A stretch of 64,000 nucleotides of DNA from Tubiluchus corallicola (lineage: Eukaryota; Animalia; Priapulida), in assembly GCA_030141605.1 (NCBI GenBank), contig JAQGDQ010002367.1, positions 744,001-808,000 of the forward strand. The letters are read 5' to 3'. A program made the translations under genes and the position numbers. The notes beneath the pieces were generated by a model. It made no database searches. It was given only the letters and a program-made list of their open reading frames with translations, and was not told where the DNA came from. Below are positions 1 through 14,179 of the stretch, one piece after another. Position 1 is the first letter of the stretch; each line of letters opens with the position of its first letter.

Positions 1-3000
1 TAAAAACCAAACATGTACCAAAGTAACACAGACAGGAGTCTTAGGACGTGTTTTCAAAGATCTTCGTTTTCACACTTTTTACACTGGCATTTAGCAAGTC
101 AATTTATATTTCAAGTTGTGTTGTTGTTATTTATGCCATTGTTACTGTCACTGTTTGATGCAGCTATTGCTGCTATTAGCGCCACCGCCACTAGAGAGCA
201 ACTGTTGCTCCGGTTGTTGCCGCCGCTGCTCTGCTACTGCTACAGCTCCTGATTCTGCTCCTGACATTGCTGTTGCCGCTGCTACTTTTTCTGATGCTAC
301 TGCCGTTATTTGTGCATTAGCCAAAATTGCAATAACTGAGGTAACTAGGACAGTCTACTTAAACTGCTTTTGCAGCTATTACGTCAAGGTTATTTTTAAG
401 GTTTTTCGAAAAATTTGAAGTAATTTTGTGCTGTACTGTCAATTTTGACCAAATTGTGCATTTGCACGGGGTGCTAATTGAAGAAAAGTGTATGAACTTC
501 TGTGTCGCCTACACTACATCACTCTGCGCCACAACATCCACAAACAAACACAGGAATAAAAGACCTTCCTGTGTGAAAGATTTGACTAAAACACAGCACA
601 TTGAGAGATATGATGTCCCGGGGTCATGTGGCGAGGACAAAGGTCGCAGAAAATAATGAAGCGCAAATGCAACGACAATCATAAGACACGTATATAAACT
701 TACAAAATGTTACAGATCGCTTCAGTCCTGACTCATTAACTCAGCAACAGAACCTGAGTAAGTACTATATGAGTCGAAGTCGATAGTTGCACCTGTGAAA
801 CTTTGCAAAATTCACAGGGTTTAAGAACTTTGTGACTTTGCAAGACGGCGAAAATCTTTGGCTTGTGTAGTCTATCTAATCCGCCCAAATCAACTACGTA
901 GGATTGGATTTCAACACATGAAATTCAGGGTTTATCATGTAATATAATTATGGCAGTAATGTTTTGAATTCAGCATTATAAATGTAGAATAGTTTTCATT
1001 ATTGAATATAGAAAAATTTTATGCCGTGTTCTTCATATTCCAAGGAATTCTCGTTGTAGTATGAGAACATGTATTGCTAATACGCATCTTCTTACAAAGA
1101 TAATTGTTAAACATACTCTGAATTTCTCGAAATTTATTGATAACTTTAATAATGTGTACTGTCAACCTTAAATACTCACATTAGCTTAACAACATTGGAA
1201 AAGAATAACATTTTTGTACATTATTAAGATGATAATTATGGTTTTAATACGGATAGCAACTGAACTTTATTGGACGTTGAACAGCGAGATATTAATACCT
1301 CAACTTACGTACGATGAAACTGAAACTAACTCTTTGGATCAATTAATTAATTAATTAATTAATTAATTAATTTAGTTACTTATGTTGCTACCATTATACA
1401 GACTTGTCAATGTATTGCATTATGATATGCGGATAAAGATGACATCTATATTAAATCAGTTGTCCAATATCTCAATATCTTTTCAAGAAAATGGTTATAA
1501 TGAGAACTTAGTTACAAACCCTTGTTAGTAATCAAAAGCACGAACTAAAGCGCCTATAGTAGTGGTTTGAACCCGTGTATGTATGTTTATCTTATGCTCT
1601 AAGTTTGTCAAACAAAATTGCAAACTAGATGAGATCTGAACGATTTACTGATATTAGTTGGACATTTAGATTTTAAAAATTTAAATATTTAAATATTGAT
1701 ATTAGCTACGCGTTTTTAAAGGAATCACGATTATTTGGATTGGTTACTATTTTTCGTAATCAGCCGGGAATTACAAAAATTCGGTGCGTTTGGGAAAATA
1801 CACGGAAGTTGACGAAACACGTAATCTTCACAACTTGCGACTCATTTGTAAATGGATATTACATGGATATTTCCCATGCCGTGCATACAGCTTACGTAGT
1901 TTATTGATGTTTACTTTGGAAACTAGTGCAAAGCAATGCTTTCAGTTAGTTAGTTATATATATATCTATATATATATATAGAGATAGATAAATAATGATA
2001 TATGTACAATAACGCTAAAAATACCTGATCACGTCCTTTTTTATTTCAAAATCACCCAACGTTTGCTTTATTTCATGTATTATTCCTTGTTCACTTTCAA
2101 TGTTTCTTCCTTAACTGGATTACTTGACAAGATATATTCTTTTGAGAATTGGTTTTCTTTTAATTCGGCAAACTATACAACAAATGGGTTTTCCTCTTTA
2201 ACTTTTTCTGATTATTTACCAATTTCTCGATTTCTCTATTTCTTTTTTCTTTATTGTTTGCATTAATTTTTTTGCTTAAGTTTCTCTTTATTTACTTCTG
2301 TCCCATCGTCTTAATCTTCTCCTTTTCCGATCTGTCTCTTTTTAAGCATTTTTGTCACTTTTTCTTGTTCGATTCTTAAAACCATGCAATCATTCTTTAC
2401 GTTTATATTTTTGAAGTTATAAATTTGGTTACATTTTCGAATTAAACAGAATTCAAAAACTTTAGTTTATTTCTTCCATTTACCATTTGGCTTAGAATTA
2501 CAGAGTCTAGCCTTAGCAATGTTTACTTTCTGTACTAATGAACCTTAGTACAAAACAAAACACGTACCGTAGTTATCATTACCCTGGAATAAAGATTGTA
2601 CCTGTGCACTAGAAATTAATTAATGTTATCTGTGGTATGCAATATCACCTGACCTGCGGCGAGCTTAACTGTCTTACAGACGGACAATTTACTTATAAAT
2701 AAATAAAATGTTCGAAAGTCATGATTATAGTTATAGATTACGTGGTTGTTTAGTGTTTATTAGCTATGTCTAGCACCAGTCACGTATAATGCATGCGTTT
2801 ATACTCAGACTTAAGCGTGGTTACCCAAACTGGCTATGACTGTGTACAGCGCCATGCACGTGTAAGACATGCATTAAGGCCAAAAATGACTGACGCAGCC
2901 ACAAGAATAAACCTCCATAAGGATATTTTGTCCAAAAAATATGATTTCGCGCAATTTTTAATAATTGCGATATTGGTTGTGCAATAATACATTTGTTAAA

Positions 3001-3164
3001 TTTATGAACAAAAGTGTCATTGTGTCATAATTCAACGTTATGTACCAAAAATACTAGTCAGAAACCAGCCTGTAGGAAGGTTCCTCCAGCTAGATAACAA
3101 ACCACAAAATTTGTCATTATGTGTAATAAATTTCACATAATTATGTAACAATCATTATGTAAAA

Positions 3165-3985
3165 AAAGTTAAGCATTATACATAACAGGCTAAGGAAGTG
3201 TTGGTGGAGTGGCTTGAGCATTGGTTATGTCACTATCTGGGTATAGTGTAATTACTGGACTGGATCAGTTTCTCTATGGATGCGGTCGATCTCAGATCTG
3301 TTTGATCGAGGCTAGGGCCTGTTCTGACTGGAGACTGGTAAACGCGCCATTCCGTATGGAACTATAGGATTCCAGCTGCACACGCTCTGATAAATCAAAG
3401 CTCTTTCGTCACCAAGCCCGGAGTTTAACTAGTGCTGGGACCAAATGAAAAGGGACGTTTTTGGATCTGTCGTGATTCCTAATTTTTCGTCTTCTTGTTG
3501 GAGCAGCTTCTTGTACACATTTATCTTTGAAAGCACTCACAACCAGCCAACAGGCTCCATCAAAGAGAGTTGAAATTTTGCACAGGTTAATGCGCAGGCC
3601 AGATGGGAGCCCCAAATCTCCCATCAAACCTGTTTCCGATTACAATCGAAAATACACTCTATAGAAGCGTCACAGCCCCACGATGCACTTGTAAAAAACC
3701 CTGTACAGAACCTAACAAGTGAGGCTGTGACTCAGACAGGACCCAACCCATACAAAGACATATTCGGTTAGGCGTCGCTCTCAGACCAAACACTGCCTTA
3801 CCTTGAACAGAATGGTAAATAAGACATTGAAACAGACCAGAAGCCAAACAGACCAGGCTTCAGGCCTTTAGAACGAAAGAAATTAATCCAGTTCCATTAG
3901 AGCAACCCTGGACGTGACAAGACCCTACCACAGACCGCGACGAACCCTATATTAGCATGTTGCATAATGCATTAATTTTGTTACT
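3165..3985. mobile_element. Degenerate fold-back/MITE with long imperfect inverted ends
   Basis: 3172-3195 (aagcattatacataacaggctaagg) is inverse to about 3950-3975, and 3229-3275 is inverse to about 3877-3918. The right end recurs at about 15395-15466. Confidence 0.55.
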
Positions 3986-6089
3986 AATTCAATAAACTTT
4001 CTTAGGAGCGCTTTATCAACACCTCTCTTGTTAGGGGTCTGCAAAGAAAAAGCAAGGTAACTTTTTCTTTAAGACTGAAAAGCGAAGCATGGCAAACTTT
4101 GTACAAACGAAATTAGAAATGAAAATTGCCCAAAAAAATCCCAAAGCGTGTGAGCCAAAAGAGCGTTTTTTAGAGAAAAAACAGAATTGAATAAGTCGAA
4201 AACGGAATGATTCCGAAGTCTAAGCAAACATAATTTTCTTTTATACTGGTCATCATCATACGCCCATTACGTCAATTGTCACAATTCTAAGATAAAATAA
4301 AACAGCCCTCAAGACAGGTAAATACAGCAGTAAACCAGTAAAAGAAAACAGACACTACTATGCCAGTGGCTTGTCAGCACCACTTTCGAATTTTACACTG
4401 AAAAAATAATATAATTATGTACTTTAGTATAGAGTACAGTAGTAAAGCCATGTGTAATTACTTACGTGAATACACTGACATAACAGAATGTCTTCAGGGG
4501 TGACTAACTTTCTTCGTATGACAACTAACCAGGCCTTTGAATATGATAAAGCTTGTTTTCTTAGCTTACAGGTATAAAAGTTAATTTTTTATTAAAACGC
4601 TCATATATACAATAAAACAATATGCGTAAAACAATAAAATATGTACAATAATAAATAAGACAGGTTAAAATCGATGCATGAGAAACACAAAGAGTAAAAT
4701 CACTATTTGCATATGTTTGCAGAAATACAAATGTGTTGAAAAGTTAGTTTTCATTAATCTTTGACAAAATAATTTACTGGAGGCGGCATTTACCAGTGGA
4801 GACACAGTTAAATAGTCTTCAAATGTCTACAAGTCCACTTTGAAAAATAGACACCCTGTCGCTAATTATTTCCTTAAGCGCTCTGACTATTTGTTAGATT
4901 AAAATAATAAGATGTAAAATGTCGTAATTAAGAAAAGGAGTTAAAACCTTATTTCTAGTCTAAAATGTCAAAATCTTTTGTACTAATCATGTTGTAAAAT
5001 TGTATTAATCGTTTGTGCTTTTAAGGTTTTTCAATCATCATGTAATCGTATCGTAAATAAGTATTTGGTCATGTTATCTTAATTCTGCGTTTGTGTTGTA
5101 TTCATACCGGTGCAAACAAGATTTAACTAGTACCCAAAAATAGTAATCACAGTTTTCAGGTTTCAGTAGCTGAGAATAGATTTTCTCAGACTTCCTTTAG
5201 ATTAATAAGGAAAAACGTTCGAACTAATGGGCTAAGAACTATTTAAAAAATCATACACTATTGAACTCCAACAAAATTTCCGAATGGACAGAAAGGAATA
5301 AAATTAATTTATTTTATTCTTGAATATAAAAAACACGATACGTGTATGTTCTTTATATACTAGCTTGCAATTTTGAAACTTTATGACAAAAGAAAGAAAT
5401 ATGTTTTTTACACTACAATTATTATTAAAATATGGCCTCAAAATAACAGTAACAGACATGTTCCAGTGATGACGTACTCTCGGTTTAGAGCAAAATATTG
5501 AGGGGATTACCCAGACACCTCATGAGAAGTCAATATTTGACAAGCTTGACATAAACTACATTAGCAAGTACTGGAAGTGGTGCACAGCACAGGAAACCGG
5601 AAGTGACCCATATTAAGGGAAATTTGCTTTGCGTACACGATAGCAGGAAGAACTTTTTAACCCATCCTTTAAATCATTAATTTGTAATGTTATTAATCTA
5701 CGATGAATCTTCTTCAATCTTGTGAAAATGTTTTTAAAAATCGCCGTTTTCTTTTATTTAAGTTTGGCTGGTATTCAGTTAAGCAAGTAGCTGTCGCCTT
5801 GATGTAATTTTGGTGATGAGAAGCTGGTCCAGCCTTTTATATATATATATACTAATCTTTATTATTTTGCCAATAAAAACGGATGTTCATAAGCATACAA
5901 GCATTGAACACCGCAGCATGAGAATAAAATTCACACAACTGTTAAAGGCAAATGCGTCCAGCACAAACTAAAAACTACTGAGCACAGAAATTTAAAACTG
6001 AAATATATATTACAATATTACACGCAAATTATAATATAGACTATATACATATAATTTAAAGTGTACGTGTGTAAATAAAATTTGCGGAT

Positions 6090-6400
6090 GAATATATATA
6101 TATATATATATATATATTAGCATTAGCATATGTAGGGTTTTCAAACGATTTAATGTATGCATTTTTAATTTTGATTTGAATTCGTCAAAAGACTTGATTT
6201 GTTTTAAATTTGATGTCAGGGCATTCCAGAGTTGAACTCCTTGTTTGGTGATGTAAATGTTGCCGTATTTGTTATTAATGCGTGTTTCTTTAATATTGTG
6301 TTCTTGGATTTAATGTTAGCTCCGGGAGGAGTGGAAGCTTATTTTTGATATTGTTTTGAAGCCTCCTCTGGTGATTATAATTTTGCCAGTTCGAGTAATA
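6090..6400 (-). mobile_element. LINE 3' terminal fragment
   Basis: Minus strand reads TRINNKYGNIYITKQGVQLWNALTSNLKQIKSFDEFKSKLK, followed by (TA)n. Confidence 0.7.
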
Positions 6401-6535
6401 TTAAAATTTACTAAAGTAAATTACTTGAAGACATACAGTCATGCGATGGTAGAAACACATGAAAGACAGAAAATTTCAAAACAAGGAATACTATTTGGAC
6501 CTTGGAAAGAATGACCTTTGGACTGTCATAAACCG

Positions 6536-6660
6536 CGAGGACGCTGTAGTCTAGAAGTTTATGATGTCTTCCTTGTAAGCAGAAAGTCGTTGATTCAAAT
6601 CCAGCATGAAACCAACTTTTTCTCATTTCTCCTTTTTGAAGTTTAATTTCAAAATTTAGT
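6536..6660 (+). mobile_element. tRNA-derived SINE-like copy
   Basis: A-box-like GTAGTCTAGAAG, arm tctTc-cTTGTAA-gcaga, B-box-like GATTCAAATCC, then aacttttt...aagtttaatttcaaaattta; related to 56450-56585. Confidence 0.6.
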
Positions 6661-7899
6661 AACAATTATAGGTTTACATAACCATTAATAATAGTCTTGA
6701 CATTAAATAACTAATAGTCAATTATTCAACACTGTGCGCGTAATATAAGCTTTGATGAACAGTGAACAAAATTTAATTAGACCTCGTAGAAAAGACCAAA
6801 AAGCACCTGCACACCCAGGAAATGTCAAATTATTAACGTCCCAATAATGACAGGATCATTGCCGAAACTGTGCTGAGTTTTTTGCTCACGTTTGGCCGCA
6901 GGTCATGTAACACAATATCCATATCAGAGGGTGTTTTAGAAACAAGCCCTAAAGGTGTCACGACAATGTCATGCAGTCATGATGCCTCCCACACTCTGTA
7001 GGCGAAGTTCATCCAGGTAACAAATAATGCCGGTCATTTCGATGTGAAAATCACTGACGCTTGAAATTTGGGCGAGTACTTATCTAGACCTTATTGTGAA
7101 TTAGTTAAGCTTAGCTTGTTAAACATCATGAGGGTTTAGAAAGCGGCTAAACCTATAATATCAACAATTTTCTTTTTTTAACAAACAAACAGTGCCTTCT
7201 GATGGTTGTGGTTAATTGTGCAATCGAATAGATATCAAAAATTTACAAAGTCGTTATCATTATTATCACCGCCATGGTTTTCATCGTTCGATCGCTAAGA
7301 TTCGTTGTCAACGTCATCATGAAAACCATCATCGTGATCATTTCATTGCATTTCTAAGACCAGCGTTAAATTATTGTTCTCCCTGTTATTGCAGTACAGC
7401 TAAATGCTGTGTAATTCATCAACAGGAGCCTACCAGCATATTCTCCGAGGTGTAGGCCTTTTTGAAAGAATAATTATTTTGCGGAAATTCGCTTTACAGA
7501 TTTCGCCTCCGCCAGGTGTCAGCACTGCACTGCAGCAGACGCGCCAAGCGTTTTGCAATCACCAAAACTTTCGTTAGTTAATTCATCTTTCAGTTTATCA
7601 ACCAGCAAGGCATTAGTAGCATATATAAATATATATGCTATAAATACACACGCTGATTTATATTTATTAATTAGTGCCAAAAATAAATACAAAATAAGAA
7701 ACAAGACATACATTCAATTTCAATTAATTGTGTGGCGACACTACAAACAAACAAATACAGTATTTATAAAACAAATTATTACAAGATCGTTCTTGTTAGT
7801 TGCTGTAGTCACTTAAATTAAAAGTTTAGTGATTAGTGTTTAAAATAAATTATGTTGCTCACATGACCTCATTTTCAATCATATGATTGTCACATAGTA

Positions 7900-9100
7900 T
7901 TTTTGTTCATTATGTCTTAAAAACGCTTTTCCAGTAATCAATAAATGCCTTAATTACTTGTAAATCACTGCTTCCCGTCAAGAATAAACTTTATTTAGGA
8001 TCGTTCACAAGTAAAAATTTTGGTATAACTGCATTGACTGATTAAATAATTTTTCTTTTGAGATCATTGTAATATGGGCATTTTACAAAGTGTAGTTCGT
8101 CTTCAGTTTCATTTCTTAAACAGTGTGAATAAATACGATTCTCAGCAGGGATTTAGACGTATTTCCTCTTATGACTAAGGTTTAACGTATTTTCCTCTTT
8201 CAATACACAAACTATATGCGAGCTGATTCTCAGTTTTGTCAATTTTGTTATAACGTATTTGGAATCACCAGAAATCAAATAATTTTCTAGTTGTTAGTGT
8301 CTTTAGAAGGTTCGGTATGTCTGCTGTTTGTTTTGTCTATCAGGTTTGTATTCGTTATAGATTTCTTCTTTCCAAAATAGGCTATAATCAGCTTTTATTC
8401 TTTTCTTCCAATTTATTAAGCAGTCGCTTAGGTGAAAACATTGTCTAAACATGTTCAAAGCTCCGTACACGTAATAATACTTAACAAAAGTAGTCAATCA
8501 AAAATAGTTCTCGGCTAAGCCTCGGTTTTCATTGTAACACTTGCCATACATGACTATCGCAAGGTTGGCTAATAATATGTATCCAATAGCGGACTGTATC
8601 CTTAGTTATCTTAATAAAAATCGGAAAACGGACCAATACCAAAACATTACTTGTTGTCATTCAGAAGTAGTCTGTATAATTTAGCGCTGGCCGCCTGTAT
8701 ATGCAAACAGTCAAATTTCGTTTGAATGCGCCGATGATTGGTTTTAATTTTAATAAGGCTAGGCCCCCATACATAAATGCCGTATAACGTGATAGGTTCT
8801 ACAGCGTATTGTAGTTATATAATAAGTTAATAACAGTAATAAAGGGGTTTGCGCAGTTTGAAATGTATTTTTTCACACAGTAAAAGCTTTTAATCCTTTA
8901 CCTTTTAGTATGATACTACTTTACCTGAAAGCGCTAGACATTAAGAAGTTGACCAAAGAATCCATGGGTGAAATTTAGATCTTTTAGAATTCTGGCTGCT
9001 TTGGTAAAAACAATAATTTCTGTCTTTTTGGTATTAGCATTCAGAGCCCAGTCGTAGTTTATTAGGCATGGCAATCCAAGAGCATATAAACTACTCGATC
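7900..9100 (-). mobile_element. Highly decayed LINE ORF2 C-terminal region
   Basis: Minus-strand remnants WALNANTKKTEIIVF, YSLFWKEEI...TYRTF and HCLRNETEDELHFVKCPYYNDLK (C-terminal CCHC-like motif of L2/Daphne-type LINEs). Boundaries approximate. Confidence 0.6.
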
Positions 9101-10343
9101 GGTGAGTTGGTCGTTTAGTTAGTTGGCTGATTGGAAAAGTAGTTTGACTGGTGTGTGGAAGTTTAGTGGAATTACGTGGTGTTGGTAAATTTGTTGGCTG
9201 ACTAGTAGGCCACATGGCTGCTTGTTTGTTTAAAAAACTCTTACGCGCAGAGGGTTCTTTTCAGATAGCTAAAACTCTAAACTTTTGTGTTAACGTTGTT
9301 GATAGTTCTTCAACATTTATCAAGAACGCTTTTTGTCTGGTGTCATCGCGCTTTCCTTTATAAATCCGATAAGTGGCTTCATTTTTATTCATATGTAAAA
9401 TTGGACAAAAGGTGTTAGTTTTTAACGTCTTGCCTTATTTTCAATAGTTATCATTTATTTTAAGTTGTTTAATGCGATCCTCTAAAATTAAGACTTCAGT
9501 ATGAACTTTTGACACCGGCAAGACCTGTTTTTGTCAAAATCGGGGCGCGTACAGAAGGATAGAGGTTCTCAACTACTTTGTTTATACAAACTATACAGTC
9601 TATACCGCGAACTCTTTGGTGCGTGCAAGTACATTTACAGACAACCTTTGAAAAATCCTCTAAAAACTAGTGTTAACCCCACTGTTAATGAAGTGCCGAT
9701 AGGAGCCGGGTATCGGAGTCTCATAGTACAATTAAAAGTAGCATTCAACAGATGCCTTATTGACTTTTGTTATTAATTGTCAAAGTATAGAATAGCGGTC
9801 TTCTTTCGCAGATAGCAATAATTTCAGTGGTCTTTTGTATATTGAGCGGCGTTTTTCACTGATAAACTAGTAATCTGAATCTAGTTACTAGTTAATTTCT
9901 GATATAATGATAGGTCTATATTTGGTGCACTAATCCCAAGGTGGGCGATATCTAACTACTTGCCTAATTGAATCCAAGGGGAGCCAAAAGTTACAATACC
10001 TCGTTCTTTTTCTAAAAGAAGGTAGCAAGAACATTAGTAAAATCTTACTGGTTAACTGACCAATGAATGTAGGTGAAGGTTACGTTATTGGTAATATGAT
10101 TCTATTGTGAAAAAATATTATTTATATAGTTGGCATTTGACGGGCTAAGAAAACAATAAAAAAATCACTCACACAGCAGGTAGTGACGAATTTTACGATG
10201 AATTTTTCACTATTTTAGATGAGCTAATACACATGTGTGAATCAATTCATGATTCGTTGGCAGGAAACTTGAAACAAGAACAAATCTTTGATTTGAAAAC
10301 CTACTGAATGCAACTAAATGTATTTCAATTTTTGTCGAATCCT

Positions 10344-10568
10344 TTTTTTAGGCGCAGCCTTGAACCGATATCGTGTTCCGTTACAATGCAAGTATTGTTT
10401 TCTTTAATTTGTCCAGGCACACCTGTTTGCTCTGAAAATTAATTTCTGCCGACTCATTTCTTTTTAGGCACAGCCTTGAACAGATATCGTGTTCCATTAC
10501 AGGTAATAGCGCAAGTATTGTTTTCTTTAATTTGTCCAGGTACACCTGTTTGCTCTGAAAATTAATTT
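10344..10568. repeat. Two-copy tandem duplication (period about 117 bp), possibly within a hAT transposase relic
   Basis: ttttaggc.cagccttgaac.gatatcgtgttcc...ctgtttgctctgaaaattaattt occurs twice. The minus-strand MKTK...LALLPVMEHDI weakly resembles a hAT dimerization tail. Confidence 0.8.
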
Positions 10569-11237
10569 TTGTCTTCATTGCACGTTTTAACGGTTTTTGT
10601 TGTTTTGCCTTTTACAAAAGCTATGAAAACAACGAAAAATGGACAAATTGTGAAAGCTTTTAACTTGGCTATTACAATTTTTCGTCACCAAACAGCTTCC
10701 CTTTCTTTATTTGCTTTTTAGGTTTATACCAGACCTTTTCAACGTAGTATCCTAGTCAACTGATTGGCTGAACAAGCAAATTATTGAGTATTGACTAATT
10801 AGTTGCTGGCGGGTTTATTACTTGGTTGGCAGGCTGCGTGATTACTTAAATTTTAGGATATCTTTGAAGTCGTGGTAACTAGATGAATAGTGTTGTGAGT
10901 AATAGTTTTCCATTTGAAAATTCCTTGTCATGGTTAATCGATATTTTTGAAATACTGTAAATTCGATATCTACTTTTAATAAGGGTACTGTTGACCACAC
11001 AAACCATTGGCCTAACCTATAATAATTGTTGCGCCCAATTTTGTCTATAGCAATGTTAACGAAAATAAAGAGGATGATGATGATGATGATGACGATGATG
11101 ATGATGACGACGACGACTATGATGACAGTAACAACAACGGGATTGACGACAATGATGTTGACGGCTGAGACAGTAGTGCTAATCATGGTGATTAATCTCT
11201 CTATTTTTCCTCAACCACTCTCCTTTCTCTCTGTGTG

Positions 11238-11340
<103 letters not shown>

Positions 11341-12812
11341 TTTCCTCTTTGCTCCGTTTCCCTCCCCTCACTTTTTCTCCTCTCCTCCCCTCGTGTAAGC
11401 ATTACTGTTTGCATTAATATGAAATAAAAGATAAACAGACCACTGCAAAGTGCCTGGAGCATCCTTTCGCAACGTAGTCATAGGATCTCTCAAGTATTGT
11501 GTCCTGTGACTCTCTTTTGACCTTGAGAGTCGATAGGATTCTTCCTCTGTTGAAGAGCGGTACACAAGAAAGAGACGTCAAATAGTTTGGCTTAAAACTT
11601 GTGCACAAGGCCAATAACTGGCGGACGGAGAGGCAACGGGAGAAACGGACGAATGAACAAACAGGTACACAGACACACACCGCCAAATGAACTGGCAACT
11701 AAATAACTAAATGAACAGATACAGAGGCAAGTAAGCGGAAGGTGCAGATAAACATATGAACGGGCAGACAGACAGATATGTTGAAAGCTGACTCTTTTAA
11801 AATGTTACTCCGATCTGTAAATAACAGAAAGGTTTTTGTTTTAAATAGCAGGCAGTAATTTGGCTGTAACTTACACCTGTCCTTGAAAGCAGCCAAACGT
11901 GGCTAATTAGCTTTTTTAGAACTTCACTCTGGGGTTTTCCGCGAGTGACAGTTAAAAACAGATTAGCACAGGTAAGAGAGCACGTAACGTGGCTTCGTTA
12001 TACATGAAGCCAATTACAACGTCCTCGAGAGACAAACTTGTCAAAGCAATTTCTATCTCCTGACTGTAATAACTGAAGCCACTAGTAAGATCGCATGCGC
12101 GGAAATGACGATTTGATGAGTGTGTACCTTCTCTTTCTCAAGCGGGCACAATTGCAGCATTATTATAACAATGAGCAGAAAGCTAGCGTCATTTGGAGCT
12201 GAATATGTGTGTGAACCGAAATTTTGAAGTAGTTTAAGCTTGCTATTGGGAAAGTGAAATTAATTTTGTCAATTTTTCAGCTGGCTGTATATGCCAACGG
12301 AAACTTAAACTTTCTTTGAATGGGCCTACTTACTACAAACTATTTTTAGAAAGCTCGTTTGTCAGTGCAACAAGAACTTTTGCGCTTTTAATTAGATTCT
12401 GCGATAAAACAAAATGCCTTTTTGATACGGCTATTTCGACCAAAATTTAGTGATTCTACGAAATGGTAAAGTATGAAATAAAGAAGATTTACTTAAAATA
12501 TCTGTAATGCTGAACTTGCCTGTCAGTTCGCAAACCTTGAATTCTTTGCAAATATCACTAATTTGGTGCTTTTCATGAATTTGTTTGAATCTGGTATTGC
12601 TAAGTGTGATCAAGTAGGCTTGAAACAAAAGAAACTTAAGTAGTGTTCTTTGGAACTCTGCACAAACTGGTTAAAGAACTGCAGAAATGTTCTTTCACTT
12701 AAATGTGGTTTGTTAAAAACGAATTGCGATAAAAGTGACCGTTTTAGATTAAATCAATTTGAGCAGCACAGGAAACAGCCTTTCTGTATCAATTAGGCAA
12801 TTTTCATGAAGC

Positions 12813-13907
12813 ATGGACATTAGATTAGGCAACGACAGTGACATCAGTTCACTTCCCACTGATAACATTCACCGTCATCACGATCATCATCACCTCTCCA
12901 TTGTTACTTTGTACGCAAATTGTCACGGCACAGTCCAAGACGGCAACTGGACAACAAAGGACGTGATGTGGGGAGGTATGTACGGTTTTCTCAGTCTACT
13001 CACCTTCACTGGAAACATCATCAACATTCTAGTATTCTCCTCTACAAAGATGCCATGTTCTGCTTTCAACACTTTCCTTTTGGGTCTTGCTGTATCCGAG
13101 GGAACCCAAGGAGGCGTCTACTTTGTGGAACTGACGGTGGCAACGTATGGACCTAAGCAATGCAATCAGAAAGCCCTCAAGTGCTTAGGTTTAATCGGTG
13201 ACATGGCTACTTACACCGCAACGTGGATAACTGGTCTTATATCTGTGGTTCGGTGTTTGGCTATTGTTAAACCAATAAAGTACAGTAACAGCTACGCGAG
13301 TTCTGCTTTTGCCGTTAAGTCCATTCTGGCTTGTACTTTAATGCTTTCTGTACAGGAGGTTGCCATGTGGATTCATGTGTTTGGTCAGCGATTTGAATCG
13401 GAATTGACCGTTCTAGAGCCCATACGACAGACGTTCGGACGTTTCATACCTATCGGTTTTGCGCTTCTTGCGACTGTCATCTCTGTAGTAAAGATGAAGA
13501 ATTTACACAAAATTCGAGACACCCAGTCAGGCGAAAGAAGCCAGAATTACGTCCTAGGTGCGCAAGGGAGGAAAGCAAAAGACGAGCAAAAGGTAATCCG
13601 GATGCTGCTAGCTTTGCTAACTGTGTTTTTTCTGACCAATGGCTATGCTGCTATCAACATAATCTTACAGGCAACCACTGACATTGAATTCAGTCTTGTA
13701 GTGCTCTGGACAGTTCCATTAGCTTTTGGTTGTAACACCTCAGCTAATATCTTTATTTATTTTATCATGACACCACTTTATAGGAAGGTTCTTTGGCAGA
13801 AATGTCTGTTTTCCAGACGCCACCGCGTTGCTTCTGTGAAAGCACTTTCGAAGCCAGTTCGAGTAAGTCACGTGACTTTCGATAATGGACAAGAAGCTGA
13901 ACTATAA
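12813..13907 (+). CDS. Intronless rhodopsin-like (class A) GPCR, FMRFamide/peptide-receptor-like or chemoreceptor-like
   Basis: 364-aa ORF with about 7 hydrophobic segments. TM1 GNIINILV, TM2 LLGLAVSE, TM3 end ISVVRCLAIVKPIKY (variant DRY), TM6 KVIRMLLALLTVFFL, TM7 NTSANIFIY followed by helix 8 YRKVL. The ligand cannot be inferred. Confidence 0.9.
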   Translation: MDIRLGNDSDISSLPTDNIHRHHDHHHLSIVTLYANCHGTVQDGNWTTKDVMWGGMYGFLSLLTFTGNIINILVFSSTKMPCSAFNTFLLGLAVSEGTQGGVYFVELTVATYGPKQCNQKALKCLGLIGDMATYTATWITGLISVVRCLAIVKPIKYSNSYASSAFAVKSILACTLMLSVQEVAMWIHVFGQRFESELTVLEPIRQTFGRFIPIGFALLATVISVVKMKNLHKIRDTQSGERSQNYVLGAQGRKAKDEQKVIRMLLALLTVFFLTNGYAAINIILQATTDIEFSLVVLWTVPLAFGCNTSANIFIYFIMTPLYRKVLWQKCLFSRRHRVASVKALSKPVRVSHVTFDNGQEAEL

Positions 13908-14179
13908 CAACTATAGCTGGTATCTTTTCAGTTCAAAATCCGACTGCCCTCATGTTAACGCAGGTTTGAATATATTTTTTGCATATCAAGTGACTTGATA
14001 GGTCTAGCTCATAGTAATTTATAAAGTATTGTAAATTGATTATAAAACATGATTTAGTCAAAGATGACTTTATTGATCATGCAAGGAATTATATAAATAC
14101 AAATTCACAAATGCACGACATGTATATGAATGGTATATTACTCGGTAAGCTCCACATTCGAGGAAGAAAAAACTTGCTC

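Noticed and set aside
13-418. ORFs rich in C/A/L at the window start
   Set aside because: They arise from degenerate (GCT/GTT)n trinucleotide sequence and show no domain or splice support.
2030-2600. Pyrimidine-rich stretch, possibly an old LINE on the minus strand
   Set aside because: No recognisable motif recovered.
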